A stretch of 64,000 nucleotides of DNA from Patescibacteria group bacterium (GTDB lineage Bacteria > Patescibacteriota > Patescibacteriia > UM-FILTER-42-10): NCBI GenBank assembly GCA_041664365.1, contig JBAYKW010000005.1, positions 29,204 to 93,203 of the forward strand. Reading direction: 5' to 3'. Of the stretch, positions 18,054 to 28,304 are shown one piece after another (position 1 is the stretch's first letter; the number at the start of each line of letters is the position of its first letter). The notes under the pieces are model-generated. The model did not search any database. It was not told where the DNA came from and worked only from the letters and a program-made list of their open reading frames with translations. The position numbers and the translations under genes are program-made.

Positions 18054-18128
18054 TGGGGAGTAGCCAAGTGGTAAGGCAACGGGTTTTGGTCCCGTGATGC
18101 GGGGGTTCGAGTCCCTCCTCCCCAGCCA
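18054..18128 (+). tRNA. tRNA-Gln(TTG)
   Basis: Cloverleaf; anticodon arm ACGGG-TTTTGGT-CCCGT; GGTTCGA; encoded CCA. Confidence 0.95.
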
Positions 18129-18237
18129 AAGGGTTATTAAAAAGAATCAACGTTACTTAAGACGTTGTTTTTATTTATATCCAACCACAACTACCAATAC
18201 GGTTTTATTATCTATTCCCTAATCCCTACACCCTAAT

Positions 18238-19155
18238 CTACACCCTCAAATACCTACTGATCGCAATCATACCGCTGATTACACTGATTACAATAGAAAT
18301 CAGAATTTGCAGACCGAGCATTGCCCAAAAATTTGCTGTGAAATACGCAAACATATTGAAATCATATCCTTCAAACAAGGTATCAATATATGGGGAGACA
18401 GCTGAAAGTAAAGGAAATAGAATCAAGATGGTAATTACACTTGCCAGAATTCCATACAAAACGCTTTCCAAAACAAACGGCAACCGGATAAACATATTCT
18501 GCGCGCCGACAAGTCGCATAATCCCCAGTTCTTCTCTCTGAGTATACATATTCATCCGTAATGTATTAAATACAACCAGGATAGCGACAAGGATAAATAT
18601 TGCACTTACGCCAAGTCCGAATTGATAAATCCGACCGGTAATTTTCGTAAGCCGTTCAATGACAACCTGATTATCCTCAAAATTCCTACTGGCAATCAAA
18701 CTGCTGTAATCCGAATTATCTAAATTCACAACGATAGTTGAATAATCCTCCAGGCGCACAGCTTTCACAATCAGAGCGGAAGGTAGTGGATTCTCCTCAA
18801 TCTCCGATAATGACTCCTGGATTTTTATATCGTCCTTATGTGCCTCTTTAAAATTCTCTAGAGCCTCATCCTTCGAAACATACTCAACACTTTTTACTTC
18901 AGAAATTGATTCCAAATATGCCTGGACAGCAAGAACTTTATCTTCCGGAACAGTAGGATCAAAGAATACATCCATATCCACCTGATCTTTAACGGATTTA
19001 ATTGCATTATCTGCTACAACATTTAAAGTAAAAACTAAACTGATAGAAAAAAGCGTCAGAACAAGAATAAATACCGTAACTAAAGATAGCCAGAAATTTC
19101 GTTTAAAATTTTGAAAGCCGAATTTTAATATTCTTCCAAGTGTTGTAAATATCAT
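18238..19155 (-). CDS. ftsX: Cell division permease FtsX
   Basis: NPLP, EELGIMRLVGA...FIRLPF; adjacent to ftsE. Confidence 0.92.
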   Translation of the reverse strand: MIFTTLGRILKFGFQNFKRNFWLSLVTVFILVLTLFSISLVFTLNVVADNAIKSVKDQVDMDVFFDPTVPEDKVLAVQAYLESISEVKSVEYVSKDEALENFKEAHKDDIKIQESLSEIEENPLPSALIVKAVRLEDYSTIVVNLDNSDYSSLIASRNFEDNQVVIERLTKITGRIYQFGLGVSAIFILVAILVVFNTLRMNMYTQREELGIMRLVGAQNMFIRLPFVLESVLYGILASVITILILFPLLSAVSPYIDTLFEGYDFNMFAYFTANFWAMLGLQILISIVISVISGMIAISRYLRV

Positions 19156-19157
19156 AT

Positions 19158-19838
19158 TTATAATATATATCTTCCTGATTTCTGATCAGAAATAATCTGA
19201 CCTTGATCAAGTGTAATCACCCTTTTTCTAAGACTGTTTACAATATCCGGATTATGCGTGACTAAAATTATTGTCGTGCCAAATTTATTAATCTTCAAAA
19301 GCAAATCAATAATTTCGCGGACATTGATCGCATCCAGATTTCCGGTCGGCTCATCCGCCAGCAAAATCTTCGGACGATGCACTAATGATCTGGCGATGAC
19401 CACGCGTTGCTTTTCCCCGCCCGAAAGCTGATCGGGAAATCGAAATGCTTTATCTTCCAGACCTACAACTTTCAAAACCTGCGGGACAATTGTTTTGATT
19501 TTTTTTGTCGGAGCTCCGCTGACTTCCAGCGCAAAAGCAATATTTTCAAATACAGTTTTTTTCGGCAATAGTTTAAAATCCTGAAAAACAACCCCGATCT
19601 GCCGTCTCAAAACCGGTATCTCCGAATTTTTTATATTGGTAATATCCCAGCCACCGATGATGATCTTGCCTTTTTCCGCTTTCTCCTCAGCAATAATCAG
19701 TTTTGCCAGTGTTGTTTTACCGGTTCCGCTCTGACCGACGATTGAGACAAATTCGCCCGGTTTGATATGCAAATTAACGTTTCTGATTGCAACGTGGGTT
19801 CCCGGATATGTTTTTGTTACTCCTCGGAGTTTAATCAT
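19158..19838 (-). CDS. ftsE: Cell division ATP-binding protein FtsE
   Basis: GQSGTGKT, LRRQIGVVFQDFKLL, LSGGE, ADEPTGNLD. Confidence 0.95.
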   Translation of the reverse strand: MIKLRGVTKTYPGTHVAIRNVNLHIKPGEFVSIVGQSGTGKTTLAKLIIAEEKAEKGKIIIGGWDITNIKNSEIPVLRRQIGVVFQDFKLLPKKTVFENIAFALEVSGAPTKKIKTIVPQVLKVVGLEDKAFRFPDQLSGGEKQRVVIARSLVHRPKILLADEPTGNLDAINVREIIDLLLKINKFGTTIILVTHNPDIVNSLRKRVITLDQGQIISDQKSGRYIL

Positions 19839-19846
19839 AATATTAT

Positions 19847-20986
19847 TTATAATTCTTCAACACGCACACGAATAACTCCATCCATATATAAACTGGCAAT
19901 TGTACCAAAAGCCTTGCTAGTTAAATCAATAATTCTACCGGCTACAAACGGTCCTGTGGATACCACTGTAACATCCACCCATTTACCATTGGCTAAATTG
20001 GTAACTCTTAAAATAGTATCATATGGATAATCATTAGACGCTGCCCCGTTTGGATATTTACTGCTTTGATACCAGCTGGCGTATCCCGTTTCCATATAGT
20101 TACTATTTCTCAACACCACTACTTTTGCGTATTTGAGATGGATAAAGGCTCTTACCTCATCACCACCCGGGGATGTTTTTGAAGGTAAGGGAATCCAGGC
20201 TCCTTTATTACCGTCATAGTAATACATTTCCTTTTTATGGTCATCAGGTTCTGTTAATCGCATGTTTAAAATAACCGGCTTGGCAAACACAATGGGTTTG
20301 GCTGTTTTTAATTCAAAAGAATAGATATCACTTGCCTGCTCGAGACCGTCAGGAAACTGAGCATTTTCTTGAGAGTCTATTTTAAACACAATGGTAGCCG
20401 GCTGGTCAATCGTATTTGAATTAACTCCAACTTTGAAATTTGAGTCCTCATCATTTGCGACTGTATAACCCTTTTCTAAAGTTGCCCTGTCCAATCGAAC
20501 TCTGTAAGCTCTTTTTTCTAGAACAATCAGTTTTGCCGACACGGCAGTGATTTGTCCTTTGATTTTGGTATCAGAAGATTTTGAATCTATTTTCTGCCAA
20601 GAATTTTTTTCCTCATTATAATAATATAAATGCTTTGGTGTTAAATTTTCCGATTCATAATTAACAGCAACATTGACCGGATATTGAAGATCTGAGGTTT
20701 GAACACCGGAGAATGAATACTGATAAACATTACTTACCGCAGTTGTATCCTTCGGCAAAGCCGGGAAACTTTCCAATTCATTCAAATTGGCAGTCAGGGC
20801 ACCTTCATACAAACCCGCAACAACTCCGACACTGAACTGGGAATCAGCAAAATTAACGGTATATCCTTTCGCTACTGTATCAGCATCCAGGTATAAACTT
20901 GTGTCAGCAGCCAGCGTTTCATTGGAAATAAAAAAAAGGCTTGCTAACGCGATCCCGAATATGATCTTGTTTTTGGCTCTTGTCAT
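19847..20986 (-). CDS. Secreted protein with two repeated N-terminal domains and a C-terminal RlpA-like DPBB domain
   Basis: GYASWY, LRVTNLANG, GPFVAGRIIDL. Confidence 0.8.
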   Translation of the reverse strand: MTRAKNKIIFGIALASLFFISNETLAADTSLYLDADTVAKGYTVNFADSQFSVGVVAGLYEGALTANLNELESFPALPKDTTAVSNVYQYSFSGVQTSDLQYPVNVAVNYESENLTPKHLYYYNEEKNSWQKIDSKSSDTKIKGQITAVSAKLIVLEKRAYRVRLDRATLEKGYTVANDEDSNFKVGVNSNTIDQPATIVFKIDSQENAQFPDGLEQASDIYSFELKTAKPIVFAKPVILNMRLTEPDDHKKEMYYYDGNKGAWIPLPSKTSPGGDEVRAFIHLKYAKVVVLRNSNYMETGYASWYQSSKYPNGAASNDYPYDTILRVTNLANGKWVDVTVVSTGPFVAGRIIDLTSKAFGTIASLYMDGVIRVRVEEL

Positions 20987-21025
20987 GTCAAATACTATTC
21001 TAGTATAATGTTACTGTTTAGACAA

Positions 21026-21099
21026 GCGGGTATAGTTTAGTGGTAGAACATGTCCTTCCCAAGGATAAAGTGCGGGTTCGATTCCCACTACCCGCTCCA
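21026..21099 (+). tRNA. tRNA-Gly(CCC)
   Basis: Cloverleaf; anticodon loop TTCCCAA; encoded CCA. Confidence 0.95.
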
Positions 21100-21212
21100 A
21101 ACAACCAAACGAGTGTATAAACTATGAGCTGTATTAGATGGGTTCTGCGCCGGAGGCGCACCCGCCTCTGGCGGAGATTCTTACTACCCCCCAAATAGGC
21201 CAAGACTTAGGC

Positions 21213-21629
21213 TTATTTTTTGTTTAAAACCTTTTTTGCTGTTTCTACCACTTCTTTCGGCAGAAAGTTTGCTTTAATCAAATAATCCACCGCTCCTAAA
21301 CTGCTGGCTTTTTTTCTGTCTTCCGGACTGTCCAGATTGGTCAGGGTAATGACCGGGATATTCTTTGTCTTTGGATCTTTTTTTAATCGTCCCAATAAAT
21401 TAAATCCTACTCTTTTGCTGAATTCTATTACTTTTCCCTCCGCTTCAGGGATAATAACATCCAATAGAACTAACGAGACACCGTTTTCCTGAGCAAGTTT
21501 TAATCCGCCGGATGCATTAGTAGCAACTAAAAGCTCATATGTGGAATTACGAAAAGCAGCCTGATACATCGAAACTAAGCTTGGCTCATCTTCCACTAAT
21601 AATATTTTTTTACCCGCCTTTGATGCCAT
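21213..21629 (-). CDS. Response regulator receiver protein
   Basis: LLVEDE, LLDVIIP, LTNL, YLIK. Confidence 0.9.
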   Translation of the reverse strand: MASKAGKKILLVEDEPSLVSMYQAAFRNSTYELLVATNASGGLKLAQENGVSLVLLDVIIPEAEGKVIEFSKRVGFNLLGRLKKDPKTKNIPVITLTNLDSPEDRKKASSLGAVDYLIKANFLPKEVVETAKKVLNKK

Positions 21630-21684
21630 AATAATTTAGTTATGTATTTATAGTACCAAAATTTGATGATGATTTCAAATAGCC

Positions 21685-23829
21685 CTATTTAATAGGTATT
21701 GTTAAAGTAAATTTACTGCCTTTGTTCTTACCCTTGCTTTCAGCGGTAATTGTTCCACCCATTGCCTCCAGCATCTTCTTGGCAATAAATAATCCCAAAC
21801 CCGTGCCGTTTGGATGGACTTGTAATATCCCCTCTCCGCGGGTGAATTTTGTGAATATCGATCTTAAGTCATTCTTGCTCATTCCGATTCCGTTATCTGT
21901 AACTTCAATCACGATCTGATTTTCTTTTCTGCGCGCCGATATGTTTACATTCCCTCCCGCAGTGTAATGAACCGCATTGTCAATAATATTTGTAATCGCC
22001 TCTTTAAGTTTGATTGGATCCGCAAGCGTTTTCGGAATTGGCCGAACCGGCTTATCAAAAACTAGTTTCACTTTTAATTGGTCCGCCAGCGGCAACAAAC
22101 CGCGCACAATTTCTTCTATAATATGTTCAATTCTGACTTTCTTGAAATCCATCCGCATTTTTTTGCCTTCCAGCTCCGTGGCATTCAGTAATTCATGAAT
22201 AATTCTTTCCAAACGGTTGATCCCCTCATAAGCCTGCGAGATAAATCTTTCCCTCTCGTCATTCGGTAGATCTTTTTCTTCAATAACAAGTGAAAGCATT
22301 CCGCGTACAATGCTGGTTGGCGTCCTTAATTGATGTGATGCAACGGTAAGAAAGTCTGACTTGATTTTCAAAAGTTCCCTCAAGCGTTTCGTCGCGTCAT
22401 CAACTTTGTATTTGAGTGTTTCATTGAAACCCTGTATCTCATTATACAACCGCGCGTTTTCAATTGAGATTGCCGCGTGGTTAGCGAGCGATTCAAGCAG
22501 TCTCATATCTTCCTGGGTATATGCGTCACGTGATATTTTTTTGCCTAGAATAATACAAGAGATTAATTCACCTTTAGAAACTAGCGGCAGTACAACAGCA
22601 ACGTCCTGGCTTTTCATCTGTTCTTTAGCATATTCAATATCTTCCTCCGAATAATTATAATTCTGTGCATTCCGAACCAGTTCGTCATAGACCAGCGGTT
22701 TTTTGATTGCGGATATAAAATCACTGCAACGGGAATTTGTAACCATCCTGGTTAGGTTTGATTCATTGAAACCAATTATCTTCATCGGTTCATAATGCTT
22801 ATTCTTTACAAAAAGACCGACATTATCCATCCTCATGGTTTGCTGGACAGTATCAACCACAACATTTGCGACTTCCGGCAAGTTGATTGTGGAAGATACA
22901 TCTTTTGAAAATTTGTCCAGCGTTTCCTGATAGTCATAAAGGCTGGCAAAAAAGTATTTATTGCTCAGTTGCTTCAGTTTTTTGCTCATAAAGACGAATC
23001 CAGCTAAAAACAAAGGTGCAAAAACAATAGCAGTCAGTAATGCGCCAAGGGTAAACGGACCACCGAAACTGGTGTAATCTGACCATGCCACCAAGTAATA
23101 TGCACTAACAACAAATATTCCCATACCAATATAAAACACCGCTTTCCTGATTACCAATCGGATATCCATCAGGCGATATTTAGTTATTGCATACGTAATT
23201 ATAACTATATAAAGTGTTACAAGAAAATTACCAAATGGGTAAAGATGAGAAATTTGCGGAAGGAAATTTGTCGATCCACCAACAAAGCCAATAGCACTTG
23301 CAATCATAACATATTTGATTTGTTGCCTTGTTACACCTGATGATTTTTTGTAGTGGATTAACAGAAATAATAACGATACTGAATTCAATACCACAAAATA
23401 TATTGGAAATAATATATATAAACTTCCGGGATTTATCCAAAACTGAAAACTCCCCAATGGTTCCACTCCCTGTTTGAATAGTGGCGAAAAACTAAATACA
23501 GATAAAAGAATTGTTATTACATATGCAAACCGAACTAATAGTCTATTCTTTTTCTCTTTATTCGATAATCTTACAACAAACTCTAAAAAGAATACTGGGA
23601 TCGCTATTGCAGAAATATCCAGAATATTTTGAGCTAATTCAGCAACTTGCCTTGAATTCGATGAAACAACAAAGAATAAACCAAAGCTCCATACACTAAC
23701 TGCAATATTTGCTTTAATCCATGAACGATTTATTAATAAATCTCGATTCTTAACAAATATAAACAAAGCTTGAGTAAGACTTAATAATGCCGTAATAAAA
23801 CTCGATATGCCAAAAGCACTAATAACCAT
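21685..23829 (-). CDS. Sensor histidine kinase (HisKA_7TM-like N-terminus, GAF, HisKA, HATPase)
   Basis: Multi-TM N-terminus, AAISIENARLY, SHQLRTP, NAVHYT, DNGIG, GTGLGL. Confidence 0.92.
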   Translation of the reverse strand: MVISAFGISSFITALLSLTQALFIFVKNRDLLINRSWIKANIAVSVWSFGLFFVVSSNSRQVAELAQNILDISAIAIPVFFLEFVVRLSNKEKKNRLLVRFAYVITILLSVFSFSPLFKQGVEPLGSFQFWINPGSLYILFPIYFVVLNSVSLLFLLIHYKKSSGVTRQQIKYVMIASAIGFVGGSTNFLPQISHLYPFGNFLVTLYIVIITYAITKYRLMDIRLVIRKAVFYIGMGIFVVSAYYLVAWSDYTSFGGPFTLGALLTAIVFAPLFLAGFVFMSKKLKQLSNKYFFASLYDYQETLDKFSKDVSSTINLPEVANVVVDTVQQTMRMDNVGLFVKNKHYEPMKIIGFNESNLTRMVTNSRCSDFISAIKKPLVYDELVRNAQNYNYSEEDIEYAKEQMKSQDVAVVLPLVSKGELISCIILGKKISRDAYTQEDMRLLESLANHAAISIENARLYNEIQGFNETLKYKVDDATKRLRELLKIKSDFLTVASHQLRTPTSIVRGMLSLVIEEKDLPNDERERFISQAYEGINRLERIIHELLNATELEGKKMRMDFKKVRIEHIIEEIVRGLLPLADQLKVKLVFDKPVRPIPKTLADPIKLKEAITNIIDNAVHYTAGGNVNISARRKENQIVIEVTDNGIGMSKNDLRSIFTKFTRGEGILQVHPNGTGLGLFIAKKMLEAMGGTITAESKGKNKGSKFTLTIPIK

Positions 23830-25168
23830 TTAATTCACTCCAATCATATATTACCCACGACCTTTTTTGAGCAATTTTTTTTAATCTTATATCGGGATTA
23901 ACAACTATAGGATAATTTACATATTCGAGCAAAGGTAAATCAGAATGATGATCACCGTATGCGATTGAATTCATCCTATTAACATTACATTTTTCAAGAA
24001 ATCTCTGTGCAAGAATTGTTTTATTCTTACCATAGACAGCACCACTTAGAAGCTCACCACTGAATTTCCCTTCTTCTGATTTAATTCGAGTCGCTATTAT
24101 ATATGGAACATCTAAATAATTTCGTAGTGGCTCAATAAGAAAATCCCAGGATGCAGAAAACAAAACAATTATATCGCCAGTTTTTTTATGTTCAATGATT
24201 TTTTCAAAAGCTTCTTTGTGAATGTGTTTAATAATAACCTCATTAAAAAATTCATTGCTAATTCTTTTTAAATCTTCCACTCTCCACCCACTAATAACCT
24301 TATATGCTTTCTTTCTAACATCATCAACGTTTGGTAAAAGATGAAATTTATACAAAAGAAAATAAAGAGATAATTTTGTTACAATCCATTTTGAAATGTA
24401 ATGTTTAGAATTCAAATATTTTATAAACAATTTTTGAGTCTGATCATCCACAATTGTTCTATCAACGTCAAAAAAAACTACTTTCATTTCGGGACGATCT
24501 TCATTTAATAACTTAGGAACATTTCTTCTGGCATGTATATATCTTTCCTTTGATAAATCTGATATTTTATGCATCACATGATCTGTTAATTTTCTTAATA
24601 TATGATTTTCATATTCTCTACCAAAATATGGATCAAGAAAAATTGGCTCCCCAACATTAATATGACATTTTCTTAGCTTTGGAAATTTTCCTGCCTTTGG
24701 TAATATTTCAAATGTACCAACTAAACCGACTGGAATGATTGGAACTTTTGCAGTTAATGCCAAGCGAGCAACTCCCGTATAAGCTTTTCTAAGCTCTCCA
24801 TTATCTGATCTGCTCCCTTCAGGGAATATTCCGACAATTTTACCATTTCTTAACAAACCTATTGCCCTCGAAATAGCTTCCCCCTGATAGACACTTGTAT
24901 ACCGATCAATTGGAATTTGTCCCGATAGAATCATTAATGGACGCCAAGCCTTACTTTTAAAAAACTTTTCGGCTGCTAAAAAGCTAATATCTCTTTTGAG
25001 CGCCGACGAAAGTAGTAAAAAATCAAAAAAACTTTCATGATTTGATGCCAACACTAGACCACCATATTTTGGAATATTTTCAGCGCCATTAACTGATCCA
25101 ATCCACTTCCTGAATAATGGACTTATTAGGAATTTTATTACCCTCCATAATATTTTCTTTGTCTTCAT
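23819..25168 (-). CDS. PlsC-like acyltransferase fused to HAD-IB hydrolase
   Basis: NHESFFD and FPEGSRS; FFDVDRT, SAS, YGDHHSD. Confidence 0.9.
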   Translation of the reverse strand: MKTKKILWRVIKFLISPLFRKWIGSVNGAENIPKYGGLVLASNHESFFDFLLLSSALKRDISFLAAEKFFKSKAWRPLMILSGQIPIDRYTSVYQGEAISRAIGLLRNGKIVGIFPEGSRSDNGELRKAYTGVARLALTAKVPIIPVGLVGTFEILPKAGKFPKLRKCHINVGEPIFLDPYFGREYENHILRKLTDHVMHKISDLSKERYIHARRNVPKLLNEDRPEMKVVFFDVDRTIVDDQTQKLFIKYLNSKHYISKWIVTKLSLYFLLYKFHLLPNVDDVRKKAYKVISGWRVEDLKRISNEFFNEVIIKHIHKEAFEKIIEHKKTGDIIVLFSASWDFLIEPLRNYLDVPYIIATRIKSEEGKFSGELLSGAVYGKNKTILAQRFLEKCNVNRMNSIAYGDHHSDLPLLEYVNYPIVVNPDIRLKKIAQKRSWVIYDWSELNGY

Positions 25169-25240
25169 CTGTCGTGGTCAAATTGCAATAAATTTATTAT
25201 ACCAGATTCCTGCAAGTTTTGGTATCACAACATATTATTA

Positions 25241-25296
25241 TTGACTTTACCTTAGCCAAAAGCTATACTGAAGCCGTCGCAATATGTATAGCCGTC
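25241..25296 (+). promoter_or_regulatory. sigma70 promoter followed by two GCCGTC repeats
   Basis: TTGACT-17-TATACT; GCCGTC at 25273 and 25291. Confidence 0.65.
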
Positions 25297-25317
25297 TCTA
25301 ATAATTACGCTAAAATT

Positions 25318-25992
25318 ATGAAATATCACGGCATAATATTAATGGTAATTGGGATATTAGAACTAATACTTGGCATCAGTTTTCTAACAAAGAAAAGAAT
25401 TGGCGAAGCTGTGCGTTGGTACACCCTTCTCATATTTAGTGTGTCTTTGTGGGTATTGACTAATGCTGTTGCCGCACTGAATGACAGTTATGTTATCCAG
25501 CATTTTTTTATCGAAATGACTTACATTAGCGGCGGTTTTATTGCTATAACCTTTTTGCTTTTCACTTACAATTTCCCGTCAGTAAAAAAGATTATTTCAC
25601 CAATTAAAACATTTTTACTTTTCTTACCCGCAATAATTAATATTTTTATTATTTTATTGACGCATACTTATGTTAAAGGAATCGAAATTATAAATGGCAG
25701 TATACGAGAAGATTTTGATTTTATGATCTACATATTTTCGGCATATTTTTTAATTTTCTGGTCCTGGGGAATGTGGAATATTATTGATTCCTATAGAAAA
25801 GCGGATGGCTATCATCGATGGTTATTAAAATATCTCCTGGTGGGAATTGCCATATCCGCAACACTTGGAATTACTGCGGACATTATTTTACCACTCATTA
25901 ATGTTACATTCCCCGGCAGGAATTTTATAGGTGCGGAATTCTCTATCGTGTGGCTTGGTTTTACCTCATATATTCTTTATAAAAAAGCATAG
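25318..25992 (+). CDS. Stand-alone HisKA_7TM-like membrane sensor domain
   Basis: About 7 TM segments; SLWVLTN, FTYNFP and LKYLLVG pattern resembling the kinase N-terminus. Confidence 0.7.
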   Translation: MKYHGIILMVIGILELILGISFLTKKRIGEAVRWYTLLIFSVSLWVLTNAVAALNDSYVIQHFFIEMTYISGGFIAITFLLFTYNFPSVKKIISPIKTFLLFLPAIINIFIILLTHTYVKGIEIINGSIREDFDFMIYIFSAYFLIFWSWGMWNIIDSYRKADGYHRWLLKYLLVGIAISATLGITADIILPLINVTFPGRNFIGAEFSIVWLGFTSYILYKKA

Positions 25993-25994
25993 CA

Positions 25995-27002
25995 ATGCCC
26001 ACACCTCGCAAAAAAATTGGCTTAATCATCTTGGGCGGAACAGTATTATCGGAAGAAAGTTCTGATAAAAATGCTGTGACCGTCAAAGGTGATATCAAAC
26101 CCTGGCTCGCCAAAATGCCGGAGATTAATATCATGGCAGAAATCGAGCCGATTTTTATTTTGGGTGAAAAGGACAACGAACCGGATCTAAATCATTGGAT
26201 TAAGCTTGGCAAAATCATCGCGGACAGAATTGATGAATTCGACGGATTTGTTGTCACCCACCACGTCCACTCACTACTTGCGGCTGCCTGCGCGCTCTCT
26301 TTTATGCTGTTGAACGTTGCCAAACCAGTGGTATTTACCGGATCACAGATTCCTTTCATGCTAGCAAAGAAAAAAACGGACAAAAAGATTTTGAAAAAAT
26401 ATAAAGGACTGGGCATCAAGGCTAATCTGATTAACGCTCTGCAGATAGCCATCCAGGGACCGGCTGAAGTTTCCATCATGTTCGGTAACAAGCTGGTCCG
26501 GGCTAATCAGGCACATATTACAAAGAGCCTGAGTCTAAATCTGTTTGATGCTCCGTTGAAAGCCGTACTGGCAACTATTGATTTCGGTATCAAGATATCA
26601 GAGCACGCACATGCTGACAATAATGGCACTTTAATATTTAGTGCAAATTTTGACGATAATGTTTCGGTAGTAGATTTCAACTCCGAGCAAAACGCGGATT
26701 ATTTGAAATGGGTGCTCGAAAAGAAACCCAACGGCATAATTATTCAGACCCACAATCCCGAATCTGCCCTGGAACTGTTAAAAAAACTGATTCCGGAGAG
26801 CTATGACATGCCGATTGTGATCCATACCGACATACCGTATTCCAATAGTGCCAACGCCTCGTATATTCTCATTGACAATATGACTTTTGAGGCTACGCTC
26901 ATGAAGCTCAAATGGGCGCTTGGTCAAACAAAAAACCGCAAGAAAATTGCTATTTTAATGAAGGAAAATGTTGCTTCAGAATTATTGGAGGGAGAAGAAT
27001 AA
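25995..27002 (+). CDS. Asparaginase-fold protein, catalytic motif degenerate
   Basis: LGGT, DGFVVTH, KPVVFTGSQIP, MTFEATLMKLKWALG; HGTDT replaced by HHVHS. Confidence 0.8.
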   Translation: MPTPRKKIGLIILGGTVLSEESSDKNAVTVKGDIKPWLAKMPEINIMAEIEPIFILGEKDNEPDLNHWIKLGKIIADRIDEFDGFVVTHHVHSLLAAACALSFMLLNVAKPVVFTGSQIPFMLAKKKTDKKILKKYKGLGIKANLINALQIAIQGPAEVSIMFGNKLVRANQAHITKSLSLNLFDAPLKAVLATIDFGIKISEHAHADNNGTLIFSANFDDNVSVVDFNSEQNADYLKWVLEKKPNGIIIQTHNPESALELLKKLIPESYDMPIVIHTDIPYSNSANASYILIDNMTFEATLMKLKWALGQTKNRKKIAILMKENVASELLEGEE

Positions 27003-27003
27003 A

Positions 27004-27612
27004 ATGAAAATATATTTCTTCGGACCAACAACTGAAATAGCAAACTATAATAAAGCTTATGAGCAGATTTTGGAGCAATTAACCAAAGCTGGCTTGCAGA
27101 CTTTCTCCAAAACAGAAAGCAGTTACGTCACACCGATCGGCGAGGATAAAATGGCGGAAATTCAAGCAGCCGGCGAGAGCGTATTAAACCACGTTGACGG
27201 TATTGTGATTGAAACGACCGCGCCTGATTCTGAAGTCGGCTATCTGCTGGCACATGCCATTTTACAGAAAAAACCCACTCTATGTTTGTACCAGAAAGGC
27301 GCGCAAATCAAAAAGACATTGAGTCATCTGGGGCAGAATATCCCGCCCTTTATTATTGCCAAGGCCTATCAGAAAAGCGACCTGGAATCGATTATCGCGG
27401 AATACATTAAACTGTTTGGGATTGATCCGGAATACAACGATGTGCCGAATATTAAATTCACCCTGCGTATTTCCCAGAAGATATCCCATTACTTGCACTG
27501 GAAAACCCATAATACCAAAAAGACCAAAGCGGATTTTCTGCGCGAGCTGATCCAGGATATAATTGAAAATGATGAAAAATATAAAAAGTATATTGTAAAC
27601 CGCAAGAAATAA
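27004..27612 (+). CDS. Nucleoside 2-deoxyribosyltransferase-like domain with C-terminal ribbon-helix-helix-like tail
   Basis: DGIVIETTAPDSEVGY...KKPTLCLY; tail KFTLRI...TKADFLRELI. Confidence 0.6.
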   Translation: MKIYFFGPTTEIANYNKAYEQILEQLTKAGLQTFSKTESSYVTPIGEDKMAEIQAAGESVLNHVDGIVIETTAPDSEVGYLLAHAILQKKPTLCLYQKGAQIKKTLSHLGQNIPPFIIAKAYQKSDLESIIAEYIKLFGIDPEYNDVPNIKFTLRISQKISHYLHWKTHNTKKTKADFLRELIQDIIENDEKYKKYIVNRKK

Positions 27613-27671
27613 GTAATAAGCAGAATTATAAAAAGAAAGGGCGTCCTCTGGACGTCTTTGTTTTTATCCAT

Positions 27672-28268
27672 ATGCACATACATCGTAACTCACAAAAAAG
27701 ATACTATTCCAGAAATTATGTATATTTTGTGACATTCAATACAGAAAATAGAATACCCTATTTTAACGAAAGAATTTTTTGCGATATCTTCATTGATAAT
27801 TTAATACTTTGTAAGCAACTTAAGCGATTTGAATTATATGCTTTTTGCTTGTTACCAGACCACGTGCACATTCTATTGAAGGCGGGAGCAGTTTATAACA
27901 TATCCAATATCATTCATTTTATAAAAAAGAATGCCAGTTACAATATTAACAAAATTATGATGTATAATCCGTTTGAATTAACCCCCAAAGGCGGGTTTGC
28001 GCAAACCCGCCTTTGCTTTGATAATAAAATGAAATATTATAAAACCGAATTTGAAAAGAAATATGGGTATGATCAAAGTTCAATTCCTCAATTCAAATGG
28101 CAGGGATCATTTCATAACCATATAATTTGTGATGTGAAAGATTTTAATAATCATTTACAGTACACAGCATATAATTTCCATAAACATAAAATACCAGATG
28201 ATTGGCAATACAGTTCCATAAATTATGGATTCATGATTGATGAATCAGATTATAATATCTATAATTAA
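27672..28268 (+). mobile_element. REP-associated tyrosine transposase (RAYT, IS200/Y1 HUH family)
   Basis: YFVTFNT, AFCLLPDHVHIL (HUH), WQGSFHNHII, WQYSS; the usual YI..NP motif is altered to YTAYNF. Confidence 0.85.
27986..28015. repeat. Perfect 30-bp REP-like palindrome inside the RAYT coding sequence
   Basis: CAAAGGCGGGTTTGC|GCAAACCCGCCTTTG. Confidence 0.85.
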
Positions 28269-28304
28269 ACGCTTGACTATCTCCATGCATCTGCTAAAAT
28301 TTAG

